A stretch of DNA of 64,000 nt from Actinophytocola sp. (GCA_035995025.1 DASYKY010000080.1:103308-167307), one strand, 5' to 3'; positions 9,135 to 19,910 are shown, counted from the stretch's first letter. The notes: generated from the sequence alone by a model not told the origin. A program made the numbers and translations.

Positions 9135-11213
9135 GTGGTGCCGAGCAGAGCCCGCGCCGGGGTCGCCAAACCCGACCACCTCCAGCGCTTCCTCTCCGCC
9201 CTGCACCGCACGCCGATACCCACCGCACCGCCGCCGCACGACGCCTACCAGGAAGCCCTCGGGCTGAACCTGCTCGCGCTCGCGCTGCGCCTCGAGCACA
9301 TCGACCGCATGACCGAGTCGCTGACACTCGCCGACTCGACCCACATGGCCCGCACGGTCAGCGTCGACATCGACACGAGCGTGCTGACCCCCGACCAGAA
9401 GCGGGCACTGCGCACGGACGCGGCCGTGGTGACCAGCCGCCCGAACGCGATCTGGTTACCCGTGTCCCGCAACGCCCGCACGGACATGGCGCCGGTGGTC
9501 GTGCGCGACGGAGCGGGCAACGTGGTGCCCCGCATGCCGCAGGTGGAGACGGCGCAGGCACTGATCCACGGCATGGCCAAGGCTTTCCGGATGTTCCTCA
9601 GCTCCGACCGGCGCACCGAGGACCCGCAGCACCTGCTGCACACCGTGCGGCACAACGCGAACCGGTCCCGCTGGCTCATCGAGGCCACGATCGGCGACCT
9701 GATCACCGGCGGCGGCCGGTACCACCGCGCCGGGCCCCCGCACAGCACCGGCGGGCGCGCCACCGACTCCGACAGCATCCGCGACAAGGCCGCCGGCGCG
9801 GTCGAGGCACTGTTCCAACCGGACAGCCCGTTTCTGCGGCTGCTCGACGTCGCGTCCCGGGAGTACCTGCTCGTGGCGGAGGTGCCGACGTTCAAGGCGC
9901 AGAGCTTCCTGCGCTACGACGCGCCGGTGATCCCCGCCCGCACGCACGACCTGCGCTCCCGCAACACGTTCGCGCGCTGGGCCGGGTTCCGCCACGAGTT
10001 CACCGTCCAGTACGCCACGCTCATCCCGCGCGCGGTGAAGTCCTACCACGTGACGCTCGAGGTGCCGCCGGAGATCCAGGTCCGCCGCTTCTTCATGACC
10101 AGCGACGTGGACTCGCCCGCGTTGCGCTCACTCATCGACGACATGCGCGCGGTGTCGGCCAGCTACGACGAGCTACGCCGGGCGATGCCGAAGCTGCTCG
10201 AGCTGGAGCTGCAGGGCATCGCGTCCCGGCTCGCCGAGTTCGGCCGCCGCCGCCACCGCGACCTCGAGTCGTTCACCTCCTACATCGAGGAGTGCTACGC
10301 GACGTTCTCCGGCCGCCCACCCCGCTTCCCCGCATGGGCCGAGGTGAGCACGCCGGAGACCGGCCTGGTGCCCGACCGTCCCGTGGTCACCCGGCTCGCG
10401 CAGTTCTCCCACCTGTACGAGACCGACCACTACCGCAAGCTCGCCGAGGGCATGATCACCCGCGAGATGCTCGACCGGCTCGCCGACGAGCTCGCCGAGG
10501 CGGAGGTGGACAAGGACGTCCACGTCGACAACGACCCGCGGGAGAACGCCGGCCACGCGCAGTGGCAGCGCAGGCCGTTCGGCACCGACCCGCAGCCGGT
10601 CGAGCCGGTGGCGTCCACCGTGTACGCCGCGCTCGTCGACGACCCGCCCTCGCTCGCGTCCAACGTGGGCAAGCTGCTGCTCGCCGTGCTGCTGCTGGTC
10701 GTCGGGTTCGGCGTGGTGCTGGAGACCGACCTGTTCGCCGGGATCCCGCTGCTGGGCGACCTGAACGCGGCCTTCCACCCCAGCCCGGCCGGCGGCGACT
10801 CGCCCATGTCGTCCGCGGACGCCATCGTGACGATGCTGCTGCTCGTGCCCGGCCTGCTGCTGTCCCGGTTGGAAATCCCGTCGAACAAGACGGTGCTGGG
10901 CCAGCTGCGGCTGTTCCCCCGCTACATCGCCTACACGTCGGTGATCATCGCGGGCATGCTCGCACTGCTCGTCGCGTCCGGGCGCAAGTCGGCGCTCGAC
11001 GGGCCGTTCGAGTTCGGCATGATCGCGCTGCTCGTGCTGTTCCTCCTCGTCGGCGGCGACAGCGTCGGAAAGGCGCTGAAGCGCAGGCGGCGGGTCCCGG
11101 CCAACCGGATCAGCCCGATGTGGCTGGTCTCCGAGATCCGCCGCAGGCCCGTCCGGCGCTGGAAGCGAACGCGCGCGGAGTTCTCGACGATCGGGAGCGA
11201 CGACCGTGCCTAG
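9135..11213 (+). CDS. Uncharacterised 692-aa protein: large soluble N-domain plus about 4 C-terminal TM helices and a basic tail
   Basis: Long ORF with coding-like codon bias, GAGGAG RBS and hydrophobic segments in the last 190 aa; no recognised catalytic motif. Confidence 0.8.
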   Translation: MVPSRARAGVAKPDHLQRFLSALHRTPIPTAPPPHDAYQEALGLNLLALALRLEHIDRMTESLTLADSTHMARTVSVDIDTSVLTPDQKRALRTDAAVVTSRPNAIWLPVSRNARTDMAPVVVRDGAGNVVPRMPQVETAQALIHGMAKAFRMFLSSDRRTEDPQHLLHTVRHNANRSRWLIEATIGDLITGGGRYHRAGPPHSTGGRATDSDSIRDKAAGAVEALFQPDSPFLRLLDVASREYLLVAEVPTFKAQSFLRYDAPVIPARTHDLRSRNTFARWAGFRHEFTVQYATLIPRAVKSYHVTLEVPPEIQVRRFFMTSDVDSPALRSLIDDMRAVSASYDELRRAMPKLLELELQGIASRLAEFGRRRHRDLESFTSYIEECYATFSGRPPRFPAWAEVSTPETGLVPDRPVVTRLAQFSHLYETDHYRKLAEGMITREMLDRLADELAEAEVDKDVHVDNDPRENAGHAQWQRRPFGTDPQPVEPVASTVYAALVDDPPSLASNVGKLLLAVLLLVVGFGVVLETDLFAGIPLLGDLNAAFHPSPAGGDSPMSSADAIVTMLLLVPGLLLSRLEIPSNKTVLGQLRLFPRYIAYTSVIIAGMLALLVASGRKSALDGPFEFGMIALLVLFLLVGGDSVGKALKRRRRVPANRISPMWLVSEIRRRPVRRWKRTRAEFSTIGSDDRA

Positions 11214-12756
11214 CACCGGACTGCAACACCCCGCCCTGGCCGCGGTGGCGGCCCGCGCCGCGAGCGCCGGCAGCCCCGCCGTGCTGTTCGACGTCACCCA
11301 CTTCGCCGTCGGCGACGCGGGCACCGTCCCGGCCACCGACGTCACCCCGCCGACCGCCAAGGAGCGGGTCGCCACCGAGACGCTCGCCTTCCACCTCGCC
11401 GGCATGGGCTTCCAGCTGCACACCTGGGCGGCGACGCCGAGCAGGCAGATGGACGCGAGCACCAACAGCCGCATCTCGGTCAGCCCGCGCGAGTCCGACG
11501 ACAGCGGCACCTACCGCCAGCTGTTCAGTGGCAGCGTGGTGATCAACCCGGACTTCCTCTACGACGCCGCGCACAGCACCGAGCTGCTGCTGACCCTCGA
11601 CTACGCGCCATGGCGGCCGGACCACGCCGACTCGATGATGATCGCGCTCGCCTACCGCGGCATGCTCGACGCGACCACGCCGAAGGAGGACGGCATCGGC
11701 GTGCCGGTGCTGTTCCTGCAGTCGCCGGTCGCCCCGTTCCGCGACCCGCCGCGGCGGTTCCGCGAGGACGGCTCCGGCGAGGCCCCGCGGGTGCCGAACG
11801 GGATGGCGCTGCGCATGCTGGTCGGCTTCGACGTCACCAACCGGCACAAGCGGATCGCGCTGCTCAGCGAGATCGCCACGTTCGCCGCCGAGCACGGGTT
11901 CGGCCTGCAGGTCGCCGACCGCCGCTTCGGCCGGGTGCGCGGCGAGTGGTGGTCGGTGCTGCCGCCGGACAAACAGCGCTACGCCGAGCGCAAGCAGGCG
12001 CTGTACGGCTGGGTGCCCGGCGGCGTGCCGGAGGCGGCGCAGCTGGTCACGTTCGTCGGCCCGGCCCGCATCGCCTCGTCGGCGGCGATCGCCGCCGACC
12101 TGCTCGCCCGCAACGTCGGGATCCTCGCCGTGTCCGAGGCATCGATGCAGGAGATCGCGTTCATCAACCTGGCCGTGCCGATCGCGCCTGCGCGCCTCGA
12201 CAAGGCCGGGTCCGACGGGACCTGCCACTCGATCACCGACGGGATCGGGCGGACGGCCAGCGCGTGCGGGCTGACCCGGCGGCAGGGCGTGCGGGTGCGC
12301 AGCACGATCGGGGACTCGGCGGCCGCCGACTACCAGGTGCTGATCACCGGCCCGGTGCGGCCGCGCATCGAGGCGTCCGTGCGCGAGACCGACCATCCCG
12401 TCTGGCTGTCCTGGGGCATCCCGCTCGAGACCGACCCGGCGCTGCGGCCGGACGTCGCCGAGCTGATCCTCGCCCAGCTGAAGGACGCGACCGACAAGGT
12501 CGCCGGCGGCCAGATCGACTACTACCGGGTCCGCGTGGCGGCCGGCGGCCGCGTCACGGGCCGCGCGAAGATCACCATCTCGCTCGTGGACGGCGTCGCC
12601 CGCGGTGACGTTCCGTCGCTGTTGAGCGCGCTGTGCCCGTGGGCGCAACGCGAGGTCGCCGCCCGTCTCGTCCGCGAGGACGTGCCGCTCAGCGCCATCC
12701 GACTGCGTCTGGCCTGGCGCGAACGGTGGTTGGGGCGTTCCAGCACAATCGCCTGA
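11206..12756 (+). CDS. Uncharacterised 516-aa protein with possible ACT-like domains
   Basis: Start overlaps the upstream stop by 8 nt; segment VTFVGPARIASSAAIAADLLARNVGILAVSEASMQEIAFINL resembles an ACT fold. Confidence 0.75.
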   Translation: MPSTGLQHPALAAVAARAASAGSPAVLFDVTHFAVGDAGTVPATDVTPPTAKERVATETLAFHLAGMGFQLHTWAATPSRQMDASTNSRISVSPRESDDSGTYRQLFSGSVVINPDFLYDAAHSTELLLTLDYAPWRPDHADSMMIALAYRGMLDATTPKEDGIGVPVLFLQSPVAPFRDPPRRFREDGSGEAPRVPNGMALRMLVGFDVTNRHKRIALLSEIATFAAEHGFGLQVADRRFGRVRGEWWSVLPPDKQRYAERKQALYGWVPGGVPEAAQLVTFVGPARIASSAAIAADLLARNVGILAVSEASMQEIAFINLAVPIAPARLDKAGSDGTCHSITDGIGRTASACGLTRRQGVRVRSTIGDSAAADYQVLITGPVRPRIEASVRETDHPVWLSWGIPLETDPALRPDVAELILAQLKDATDKVAGGQIDYYRVRVAAGGRVTGRAKITISLVDGVARGDVPSLLSALCPWAQREVAARLVREDVPLSAIRLRLAWRERWLGRSSTIA

Positions 12757-12930
12757 CCAGGGCAAATGCGGACCGGAACGACATTACTCCGAATGCCGAC
12801 CGAATCGGTCCAACGAATGTGAAACGCCGCAGGGTCTCGAATCGAAACGCTCAGGTGCGAGACATCTAAACCACGCGCGCGCGTACGTGGTCACCCCTTC
12901 GCCGCGAGCGCGTAGAGCGAAAGGGATTTC

Positions 12931-15144
12931 ATGCGACGTAGCCGATTACTCTCGGCGGCAGCCGCGCTGCTTCTGGTTCCCCTGATCCAGGTTCTTCCGG
13001 CATCCACGGCCGGAGCCGCGCCGACCGCGACGAAGGCCCCAGCGAGCGACGTCAGGGAACTGACTCGCAAGGACTTCAAGCTCGACGGCAAGAAGGTGGA
13101 GACGCCTGCGAAGTACGCGCCCAAGGCCCAGACCAAGGCCAAGGCCGCGGCCGCCGCCGCGAGCACCCCCACCGTCGGCAGCGTCCGGCAGTGGCTCGGA
13201 CTCGACGACGCCCAAGGGATCCTGTACCGCAAGGACTACACCCTGCGGGCGGTAGGCGACAAGATCGAGGTCTGGGTGGCGAACGACACCGCCTTCCCGG
13301 CCGGCGACTGCCGTAGTCAGATCCCGGACAGCACCACGGTCACCGACGCCCAGGCGGAGGAGCTCCGTGACGAGTTCGACAACAACATGTTCCCGAAGGA
13401 GACGACGGCCTTCAGCACGCCACCGGACCGGGACGGGACGAACGCCCAGCTCGGCCCGGACGCCAACGGCGGCGGCGGTGACTACACCGGCGACGGTGAC
13501 AAGACCGTCGCGCTGATCGACAACGTCCGGGACGACAACTTCTACACCTTCCCGGCCGCGCCGACCTACATCGCTGGCTTCTTCTCCGCGCAGTTCAACG
13601 AGCTGCTCGACCGCAACGTCATGACGATCGACGCGTTCGACTGGACGCACCGCAGCGGTGCCACCCCGCCGGACAACCCGACCGCCGACCCGTGCACCAG
13701 CCGACCCGGGCGCCCGCACCTCTACGAGGGCACGTTCGCGCACGAGTGGCAGCACCTGTTGCAGTACTACACCGACCCCTTCGAGACCACGTGGATGAAC
13801 GAGGGCCTGTCCGACTTCGCACAGACCCTGGTCGGCTACGTGGACGGGAACAAGACGGTGTTCGACAGCGGCGGCGACAGCCACCTCTACTGTTTCCAGG
13901 GCTTCGGCTCGGTCCAGACACCGTTCAACCCCAACCCGAGGGACTGCGGTGGTCCGGAGAACTCGCTGAACCTGTGGGGTGAGGGCACCCCGAACGAGGT
14001 GCTCGCCGACTACGGCAACGCGTACTCGTTCATGCTCTTCCTCTACGACCGGTACGGCGTGAACTTCATGTCGACTCTGCACCGCGACGGCGCGCGCCAG
14101 GGGCTGGCCAGCCTCGACGCGACGCTCGAGTCCGTCGGTGTGCACGACATCTACCGGGTGATGCACGACTTCCAGACGATGGTCCTGATGGACAAGGTCG
14201 TCGGGGACTCGCGGCGCGGCATCATGCTGGGCGTGCCGAAGAGCCGGGTCACGACCCCGAGCCTGCGCTCGACGGTCAACTTCGCCAACCCGAACGTCAA
14301 CGACAACCCGGGTGCGGGGCCGAACGGAGCGGACTTCGTCCAGCTCCAGAAGGCGAACGGGACACCGCTGCGCGGCATCGACCTGCGGTCGATGAAGTTC
14401 GACGGTGCCACGGCGCTCCCGGCGCTGCCGTTGACATGGACCGTCGTGCCCAACGATCCGGACCGGCCGAACAACCCGGTTCTGTGGTCGGGCAACGGCA
14501 ACAACCTCGACTCGACCGCCGTCACCTCCGTCGCCGTGCCGACCACGGACCCGACGCTGCACTTCCTCGCGAAGTACGGCGCCGAGCTCGGGTTCGACTA
14601 CGCCTACGTCACCGTCTCCACCGACGGCGGCAAGACGTACACGGCGATCCCGGGTGACTCCACGGTGGACGCGCCGCTCGGCCCCGGCCTGAACGGCACC
14701 ACCAACGGGTTCGAGCCGCGCTCGTACGATCTGTCGGCGTACGCCGGCCAGAACGTGCTGCTCGGCTTCCGGTACGTCAGCGATGGCGGCGTGAACGAGG
14801 GTGGCCTGCTGGTCGACGACGTGACCGTCGGCGGGACGCAGGTCAGCGACGGCGCGAGCCTCGACCAGTTCAACTCGCCGACCGCGATCTCGCCGACTCC
14901 GGTGAACAACTGGAACCTGCGGATCATCGGCTACGACGAGCGGACCCAGATCGGCCTGCAGGCCGAGTTCAACGGGAAGAACTCCATCCGGCTGGGCACG
15001 CTGCAGCTGCTGGTGTTCGCGCTGTTCCCGAAGGTCGTCGTCGAGGTCGCCTACGACGAGCCGACCGAGCAGGTGCAGCAGTACGCGCCGTACACGCTCA
15101 CCGTGAACAACGTGGTGCAGCCCGGAGGTGGCGGGGGCGCCTGA
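12931..15144 (+). CDS. Secreted zinc metallopeptidase (M6/M30, immune inhibitor A-like) with C-terminal beta-sandwich
   Basis: Signal peptide; AHEWQH...WMNEGLS; ELGFDYAYV...DLSAYAGQ...FRYVSDGG. Confidence 0.85.
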   Translation: MRRSRLLSAAAALLLVPLIQVLPASTAGAAPTATKAPASDVRELTRKDFKLDGKKVETPAKYAPKAQTKAKAAAAAASTPTVGSVRQWLGLDDAQGILYRKDYTLRAVGDKIEVWVANDTAFPAGDCRSQIPDSTTVTDAQAEELRDEFDNNMFPKETTAFSTPPDRDGTNAQLGPDANGGGGDYTGDGDKTVALIDNVRDDNFYTFPAAPTYIAGFFSAQFNELLDRNVMTIDAFDWTHRSGATPPDNPTADPCTSRPGRPHLYEGTFAHEWQHLLQYYTDPFETTWMNEGLSDFAQTLVGYVDGNKTVFDSGGDSHLYCFQGFGSVQTPFNPNPRDCGGPENSLNLWGEGTPNEVLADYGNAYSFMLFLYDRYGVNFMSTLHRDGARQGLASLDATLESVGVHDIYRVMHDFQTMVLMDKVVGDSRRGIMLGVPKSRVTTPSLRSTVNFANPNVNDNPGAGPNGADFVQLQKANGTPLRGIDLRSMKFDGATALPALPLTWTVVPNDPDRPNNPVLWSGNGNNLDSTAVTSVAVPTTDPTLHFLAKYGAELGFDYAYVTVSTDGGKTYTAIPGDSTVDAPLGPGLNGTTNGFEPRSYDLSAYAGQNVLLGFRYVSDGGVNEGGLLVDDVTVGGTQVSDGASLDQFNSPTAISPTPVNNWNLRIIGYDERTQIGLQAEFNGKNSIRLGTLQLLVFALFPKVVVEVAYDEPTEQVQQYAPYTLTVNNVVQPGGGGGA

Positions 15145-15169
15145 CCCGCTGCTGAGCTGAACCGCTGAC

Positions 15170-15215
15170 CGGGAGACCCCGGTGCACGACTTCGGTCGCG
15201 CACCGGGGTTTCCTG
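15170..15215 (+). terminator. Stem-loop terminator after the peptidase gene
   Basis: cgggagaccccggtgcacgac-TTCG-gtcgcgcaccggggtttcctg. Confidence 0.8.
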
Positions 15216-15308
15216 CTTGGGGTTTCCTACTTTCTACTCTTGAGTAACAACGCGGCGTTTTCTAACGTGAGATTCACCACGGCCTGCCCTGCACCGATGG
15301 AGGACTCG

Positions 15309-16070
15309 ATGAAGCGTCTCCGCCCGGCCACCCTGCGTTCACTACTCTCCGGAATCGTCTGCGCACTGCTCGCGGTCTTCCTCTGGCCCGGGAGCTCGGT
15401 CGCGGCCGACCGCCCGGACCCGGTGGTGGTCGTCGACGGCACGTTCGGCCCGGCGTTCTTCTACGAGCCGCTGGCGAAGCGGCTGCGCGACGACGACCAC
15501 GAGGTCTTCATCTTCGAGCTGACGAACCTGGGCACCGGCGACATCGCCGCCACCGCGCAGGACCTGGCGGCGTTCGTGGCCGACGTGCGCTCGCGGACCG
15601 GCGCGGACAAGGTCGACCTGGTCGGGCACTCGCAGGGCGGGCTGGTGGCCCGGCAGTACGTGAAGTACCTCGGCGGCGACGCCACGGTCGACAGCCTGGT
15701 GAGCCTCGGCGCGCCGCACTACGGCACGGCGGTGGCCAACATCGCGGACTTCTTCGGCGGCGGCAACTGCCTCGGCATCGTGGCCTGCCAGCAGATGGCG
15801 GTCGGTTCGGACTTCGTGAACGCGCTCAACGACGGCGACGACACGATCGGCTCGGTGCGCTACACGAACTTCTACTCCGCCCTCGACGAGCTGGTCCGCC
15901 CGGTGACGAACGCGTCCCTGCAGGACGGTGCGACCAACGTGCTGATCCAGTCCCAGTGCCCGGTCCGGGTCGTCGAGCACGTCGGCCTGGCCCTGGACGG
16001 CACGGTCTACTCCGGCATCCGCCAGGCGCTGGCCGGCGAGCCGGTCCACCTGGACTGCTGGGCCCTCTGA
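15309..16070 (+). CDS. Secreted lipase/esterase (alpha/beta hydrolase, lipase class 2)
   Basis: Signal peptide; VGHSQGG nucleophile motif, DELV and VEH; GGAGG RBS. Confidence 0.9.
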   Translation: MKRLRPATLRSLLSGIVCALLAVFLWPGSSVAADRPDPVVVVDGTFGPAFFYEPLAKRLRDDDHEVFIFELTNLGTGDIAATAQDLAAFVADVRSRTGADKVDLVGHSQGGLVARQYVKYLGGDATVDSLVSLGAPHYGTAVANIADFFGGGNCLGIVACQQMAVGSDFVNALNDGDDTIGSVRYTNFYSALDELVRPVTNASLQDGATNVLIQSQCPVRVVEHVGLALDGTVYSGIRQALAGEPVHLDCWAL

Positions 16071-16092
16071 GCGAGGGTCACGAACGCGAGGG

Positions 16093-18840
16093 TCACGAGC
16101 CGACCGGGGCGGCGTCCAGCAGCGCGGCGAGGGCGTCCGCCTCCGGGTCGGCGAGTGCGGCGTAGATGGCGTGCGCCTCCACCCGGCAGGCCCGCGCCTG
16201 CGCCGCGCGGCCCTCGGCGTCGTGGACGTCGCCGATACGCGCGAGGAGCTTCGCCACTCCCCTGCGGTCCCGCAGCTCCCGGCTGATCTCGAGCGCGTGC
16301 CGGTAGTTCGCGACCGCCGTCCCGGGGCGGCCCGCGTCGCGGTGCAGGTCGCCGAAGGCCCAGTAGGTGAAGCGCTGCGCGGCGCGGTCGCCGGTCTCCT
16401 CCTGGATGGCGAGCGCGTCGCACAGGCAGCCGAGCGCGTCGCCTGCGCGGCCGAGCATGCGGTGCGCGTCGCCGAGGTTGTTGAGCGCGATGCTCTCGCC
16501 GTGCCGGTTGCCCGCGGCGCGGAACAGCGGCAGCGCGTCGGCGTAGCAGCGCGTCGCCTCGTCGAAGTGCCGCACATCGTGCCGGGCGACGCCGAGGTTG
16601 TTCAGGTTCCACGCCTCGCCGAGCACGTCGCCCGCGCCGGCGAACAGCGGGCGGGCCTCGGTGTGGCAGGCGATCGCCTCGTCGAAGCGGCACAGGTCGC
16701 TGTAGGCCACGCCGAGCCCGTTGAGCACCCGCGCACGGCCGCCCGGTTCGGCGACCGCGTCGAGTGCGGTGCGGTGTGTGGTGACCCAGTCGTCCCAGTA
16801 CTTGCGCAGGTAGAAGAAGCCGAGCAGGGCGCACGGCAGCTGCCAGGCCACGACGTCGTCGCCCAGCTCGGCGGCGGCGCGCACGACGGCGACCAAGGCC
16901 TCCCGCTCCACCTCGCACCACGCCAGCGCGTCGTCGCGGCCGGCGAACTCCGGCACGTGGTCCGGCCGCTCCGCGGGGTCGAGCGCCACCTCGCGACGGT
17001 CCGGGTCCAGCACGCGGGCGGCGGTCTCGGCGGTGTGCAGGTACCAGCGGGCCAGCCGCCGCACCGCCGCGCCCGCGTCCGGCTCCTCGGCCTGGGCCCG
17101 CTCCCGCGCATAGAGGCGCAGCAGGTCGTGCGGGCGGTAGCGGCCGGGCGTGACCTCCTGCAGCAGGTGCTCGTCGACCAGCTCCTCCAGCAGCTCAGCC
17201 GCCCGCCGCGGGGGCAGCCCGGCGAGCGGGGCGACCGACCGCGCGTCGAACTCGTCACCCGGGTGCAGGCCGGCCAGCCGGAAGACGCGGCGCGCGTCGT
17301 CGGTGAGCATCCGGTAGGACAGGTCGAACGCCGCGCGCACGGCGCGGGAGCGCCCGTGCAGCTCGCCCAGCCGGTCCGCCGCCGCCTCGAGCCGGCCCGC
17401 CAGATCCCTCACCGTCCACACCGGACGGTGGCGGAGTCGTTGCGCGGCAAGGGTGAGCGCGATCGGCAGGCGGCCGCACAGTGTCGCTACGCGGGCGGCC
17501 GCCACGGGCTCGGCGGCGACCCGCTCCCCCGCGATCCGCTCCAGCACGGCCACCGCGTCGGGCTCGCTCAGCACGTCGAGCGGTACCGCCATCGCACCGT
17601 CCAGATCGGACAGCGTGTGCCGGCTGGTGACGAGCACGAGGCAGCCGGGCCCGCCGGGCAGCAGCGGCCGGACCTGCTCCTCGCCAGCGGCGTTGTCGAG
17701 GAGCACGAGCGCGCGGCGGCCGGCCAGCCGGTCGCGGTAGAGCGCGGCCCGGCCGGCGAGGTCGGCGGGCACCTGCCGGACGCCGAGCAGGCCGAGGAAC
17801 CCGGCGAGCACGCCGGACGGGTCGGCGGGCGGCGAGCCGGGGTCGAAGCCGCGCAGGTCGGCCCAGAGCTGGATCTCGTCGAAGCGACCACGGCGTACCA
17901 GCTCGTGCGCGGCGTGGATCGCGAGCCGGGTCTTGCCGACGCCCGCCATGCCGGCCACCGCGGTGATGACCACCGCGCCGCTCGCCTGTTCGATCCGTTG
18001 GTACAGCTGGGAAAGCTCCGCCTCGCGGCCGGTGAAGTCGGCGATGTCCATCGGCAGCTGGCGGTACGCGACGGGCGGCGCGCCCGGGTCGGGTGCCGGG
18101 TCGAGCGCGGGGTCGGCGGCGAGGATGCGCTGCTGCATGGTGCGCAGCGCGGTGCCCGGCTCGATGCCGACCTCGCGGACGAGCCGCTCGCGGGCCCCGG
18201 TGAAGACGTCGAGCGCCTCGGCCTGCCGGCCCGCCCGGTACAGCGCGAGCATGAGCAGCGCGGGCAGCTCCTCGCGGGTCGGCCGCTCGTCGACCAGTGC
18301 GCGCAGCTCACCCACCACGTCCTCGCCGACCTCGATCCGGGCCCGCAGGTGCCGCTCGACAACCGTCAGGTGCAGCTCGCCGAGCCGGGCGCGCTCGGCA
18401 CGCAGCAGCGGCCCGTCGAGGCCGTGGAACGGTTCGCCGCGCCACAGCGCGCGGGCCTGGCCGAGCAGCCGCCCGGCCAGCGGCGCGTCCCCGTCGTCGA
18501 GGGCGCGGCGGCCGCGCGCCGCGAAGTCCTCGAAGGCGGCGAGATCCAGCTCACCCGGCCGGGTCTCGAGCACGTACCCGCGCCGCCGGGAGACCAGCCG
18601 GGAATCCGCTTCGCCCGGATCGCGCAGCAGCGCGCGCAGCCGCGCGACGTAGGTGCGCACATTGGACTCGGCGGCCGCGGGGATGATGTCCCAGACGTCC
18701 TGGCACAGCTGCGAGACGCTCACGAACGTGTTGGCACGCAACAACAACGCGGCCAGCAACGCCCGCTGCCGCGGACCGCCCACGCCGGCCGCGCGCTCCC
18801 CCGCGCCCGCCTCGACGGGCCCGAGCACCCTGAACCACAT
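16093..18840 (-). CDS. AfsR/SARP-family regulator (wHTH-BTAD-NB-ARC-TPR)
   Basis: FRVLGPVE, LWRGEP, LALYRAGRQAEAL, QLPMDIADFTGRE, GMAGVGKT P-loop, LLDNA and TPR repeats. Confidence 0.93.
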   Translation of the reverse strand: MWFRVLGPVEAGAGERAAGVGGPRQRALLAALLLRANTFVSVSQLCQDVWDIIPAAAESNVRTYVARLRALLRDPGEADSRLVSRRRGYVLETRPGELDLAAFEDFAARGRRALDDGDAPLAGRLLGQARALWRGEPFHGLDGPLLRAERARLGELHLTVVERHLRARIEVGEDVVGELRALVDERPTREELPALLMLALYRAGRQAEALDVFTGARERLVREVGIEPGTALRTMQQRILAADPALDPAPDPGAPPVAYRQLPMDIADFTGREAELSQLYQRIEQASGAVVITAVAGMAGVGKTRLAIHAAHELVRRGRFDEIQLWADLRGFDPGSPPADPSGVLAGFLGLLGVRQVPADLAGRAALYRDRLAGRRALVLLDNAAGEEQVRPLLPGGPGCLVLVTSRHTLSDLDGAMAVPLDVLSEPDAVAVLERIAGERVAAEPVAAARVATLCGRLPIALTLAAQRLRHRPVWTVRDLAGRLEAAADRLGELHGRSRAVRAAFDLSYRMLTDDARRVFRLAGLHPGDEFDARSVAPLAGLPPRRAAELLEELVDEHLLQEVTPGRYRPHDLLRLYARERAQAEEPDAGAAVRRLARWYLHTAETAARVLDPDRREVALDPAERPDHVPEFAGRDDALAWCEVEREALVAVVRAAAELGDDVVAWQLPCALLGFFYLRKYWDDWVTTHRTALDAVAEPGGRARVLNGLGVAYSDLCRFDEAIACHTEARPLFAGAGDVLGEAWNLNNLGVARHDVRHFDEATRCYADALPLFRAAGNRHGESIALNNLGDAHRMLGRAGDALGCLCDALAIQEETGDRAAQRFTYWAFGDLHRDAGRPGTAVANYRHALEISRELRDRRGVAKLLARIGDVHDAEGRAAQARACRVEAHAIYAALADPEADALAALLDAAPVGS

Positions 18841-18968
18841 GACGCCCACCCACATCCGACGACACCCCGCGCCGTGCGGATCCATCCTGGCCCCACCCCG
18901 CGGAGCGGAACCGGCGACCCCTCCCCGAGCTTGCGTTGGAGCGCGCTCCAGGATCTAGCGTCGGTGAC

Positions 18969-19910
18969 ATGGCCACACCACAGCACAAGATCGGCTCGGG
19001 GTTCGGCGCCACCACGACGGCGGCCGAGGTCATCGCCGGCGTCGACCTGCGCGGCAGGCTCGCGATCGTCACCGGCGGCTACTCCGGCATCGGCCTGGAG
19101 ACCACCCGTGTCCTCACCGGTGCCGGGGCGCACGTCGTCGTGCCTGCCCGCCGGCCGGACCAGGCGCGAGCGGCCGTGGGGGCCGGCGTCGAGGTGGCCG
19201 AGCTCGACCTCGGCGACCTGGACAGCGTGCGGGACTTCGCCGCGCGGTTCCTCGACAGCGGGCGGCGCATCGACCTCATGGTGAACAGCGCGGGGATCAT
19301 GGCGGCTCCCGAGTCGCGCGTGGGTCCCGGGTGGGAGGCGCAGTTCGCGACCAACCACCTCGGCCACTTCGCGCTCGTCGGCAGGCTCTGGCCCGCGGTC
19401 GGCCCGGGCGCGCGGATCGTGTCGGTGTCCTCGCGCGGCCACCACTTCTCCGGCATCCGCTGGGACGACGTGCACTTCACCCGCGACGCCTACGACAAGT
19501 GGCTCGCCTACGGGCAGGCGAAGACCGCCAACGTCCTGTTCGCCGTGCACCTCGACGACGCCGACCGCGGCATCCGCGCGTTCTCCCTGCACCCCGGGCG
19601 CATCCACACCAACCTCGTGCGGTACCTGGAGCGCGAGGAGCTCGTCGCGGCCGGGATGTTCACCGAGGCAGGCGAGATCATCGGCGACGTCAAGACGGTC
19701 GAGCAGGGCGCCGCCACCCAGGTCTGGGCCGCCACCGCCGAGCGACTCGCCGGCCTGGGCGGCGTCTACCTCGACGACTGCGACGTCGCCGAGCCCGCGC
19801 CCGCGGACGGCACCCGCGTCGGCGTCCGGGACTACGCCGTCGACCCCGCTCAGGCCGCCCGGCTCTGGACGCTGTCCGCGGAGCTGACCGGCGTCGACCC
19901 GCTGGCATGA
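18969..19910 (+). CDS. SDR oxidoreductase (retinol-DH/WWOX-like)
   Basis: TGGYSGIG, NSAGIM, NHLGHF and YGQAK motifs. Confidence 0.92.
   Translation: MATPQHKIGSGFGATTTAAEVIAGVDLRGRLAIVTGGYSGIGLETTRVLTGAGAHVVVPARRPDQARAAVGAGVEVAELDLGDLDSVRDFAARFLDSGRRIDLMVNSAGIMAAPESRVGPGWEAQFATNHLGHFALVGRLWPAVGPGARIVSVSSRGHHFSGIRWDDVHFTRDAYDKWLAYGQAKTANVLFAVHLDDADRGIRAFSLHPGRIHTNLVRYLEREELVAAGMFTEAGEIIGDVKTVEQGAATQVWAATAERLAGLGGVYLDDCDVAEPAPADGTRVGVRDYAVDPAQAARLWTLSAELTGVDPLA

Noticed and set aside
12790-12842. Repeated CGAAT upstream of the peptidase
   Set aside because: Irregular spacing (11, 13, 24 bp) and too short to call a binding array
16071-16098. 13-bp direct repeat gcgagggtcacga x2
   Set aside because: Local duplication between convergent gene ends; no element between the copies, so not a target-site duplication
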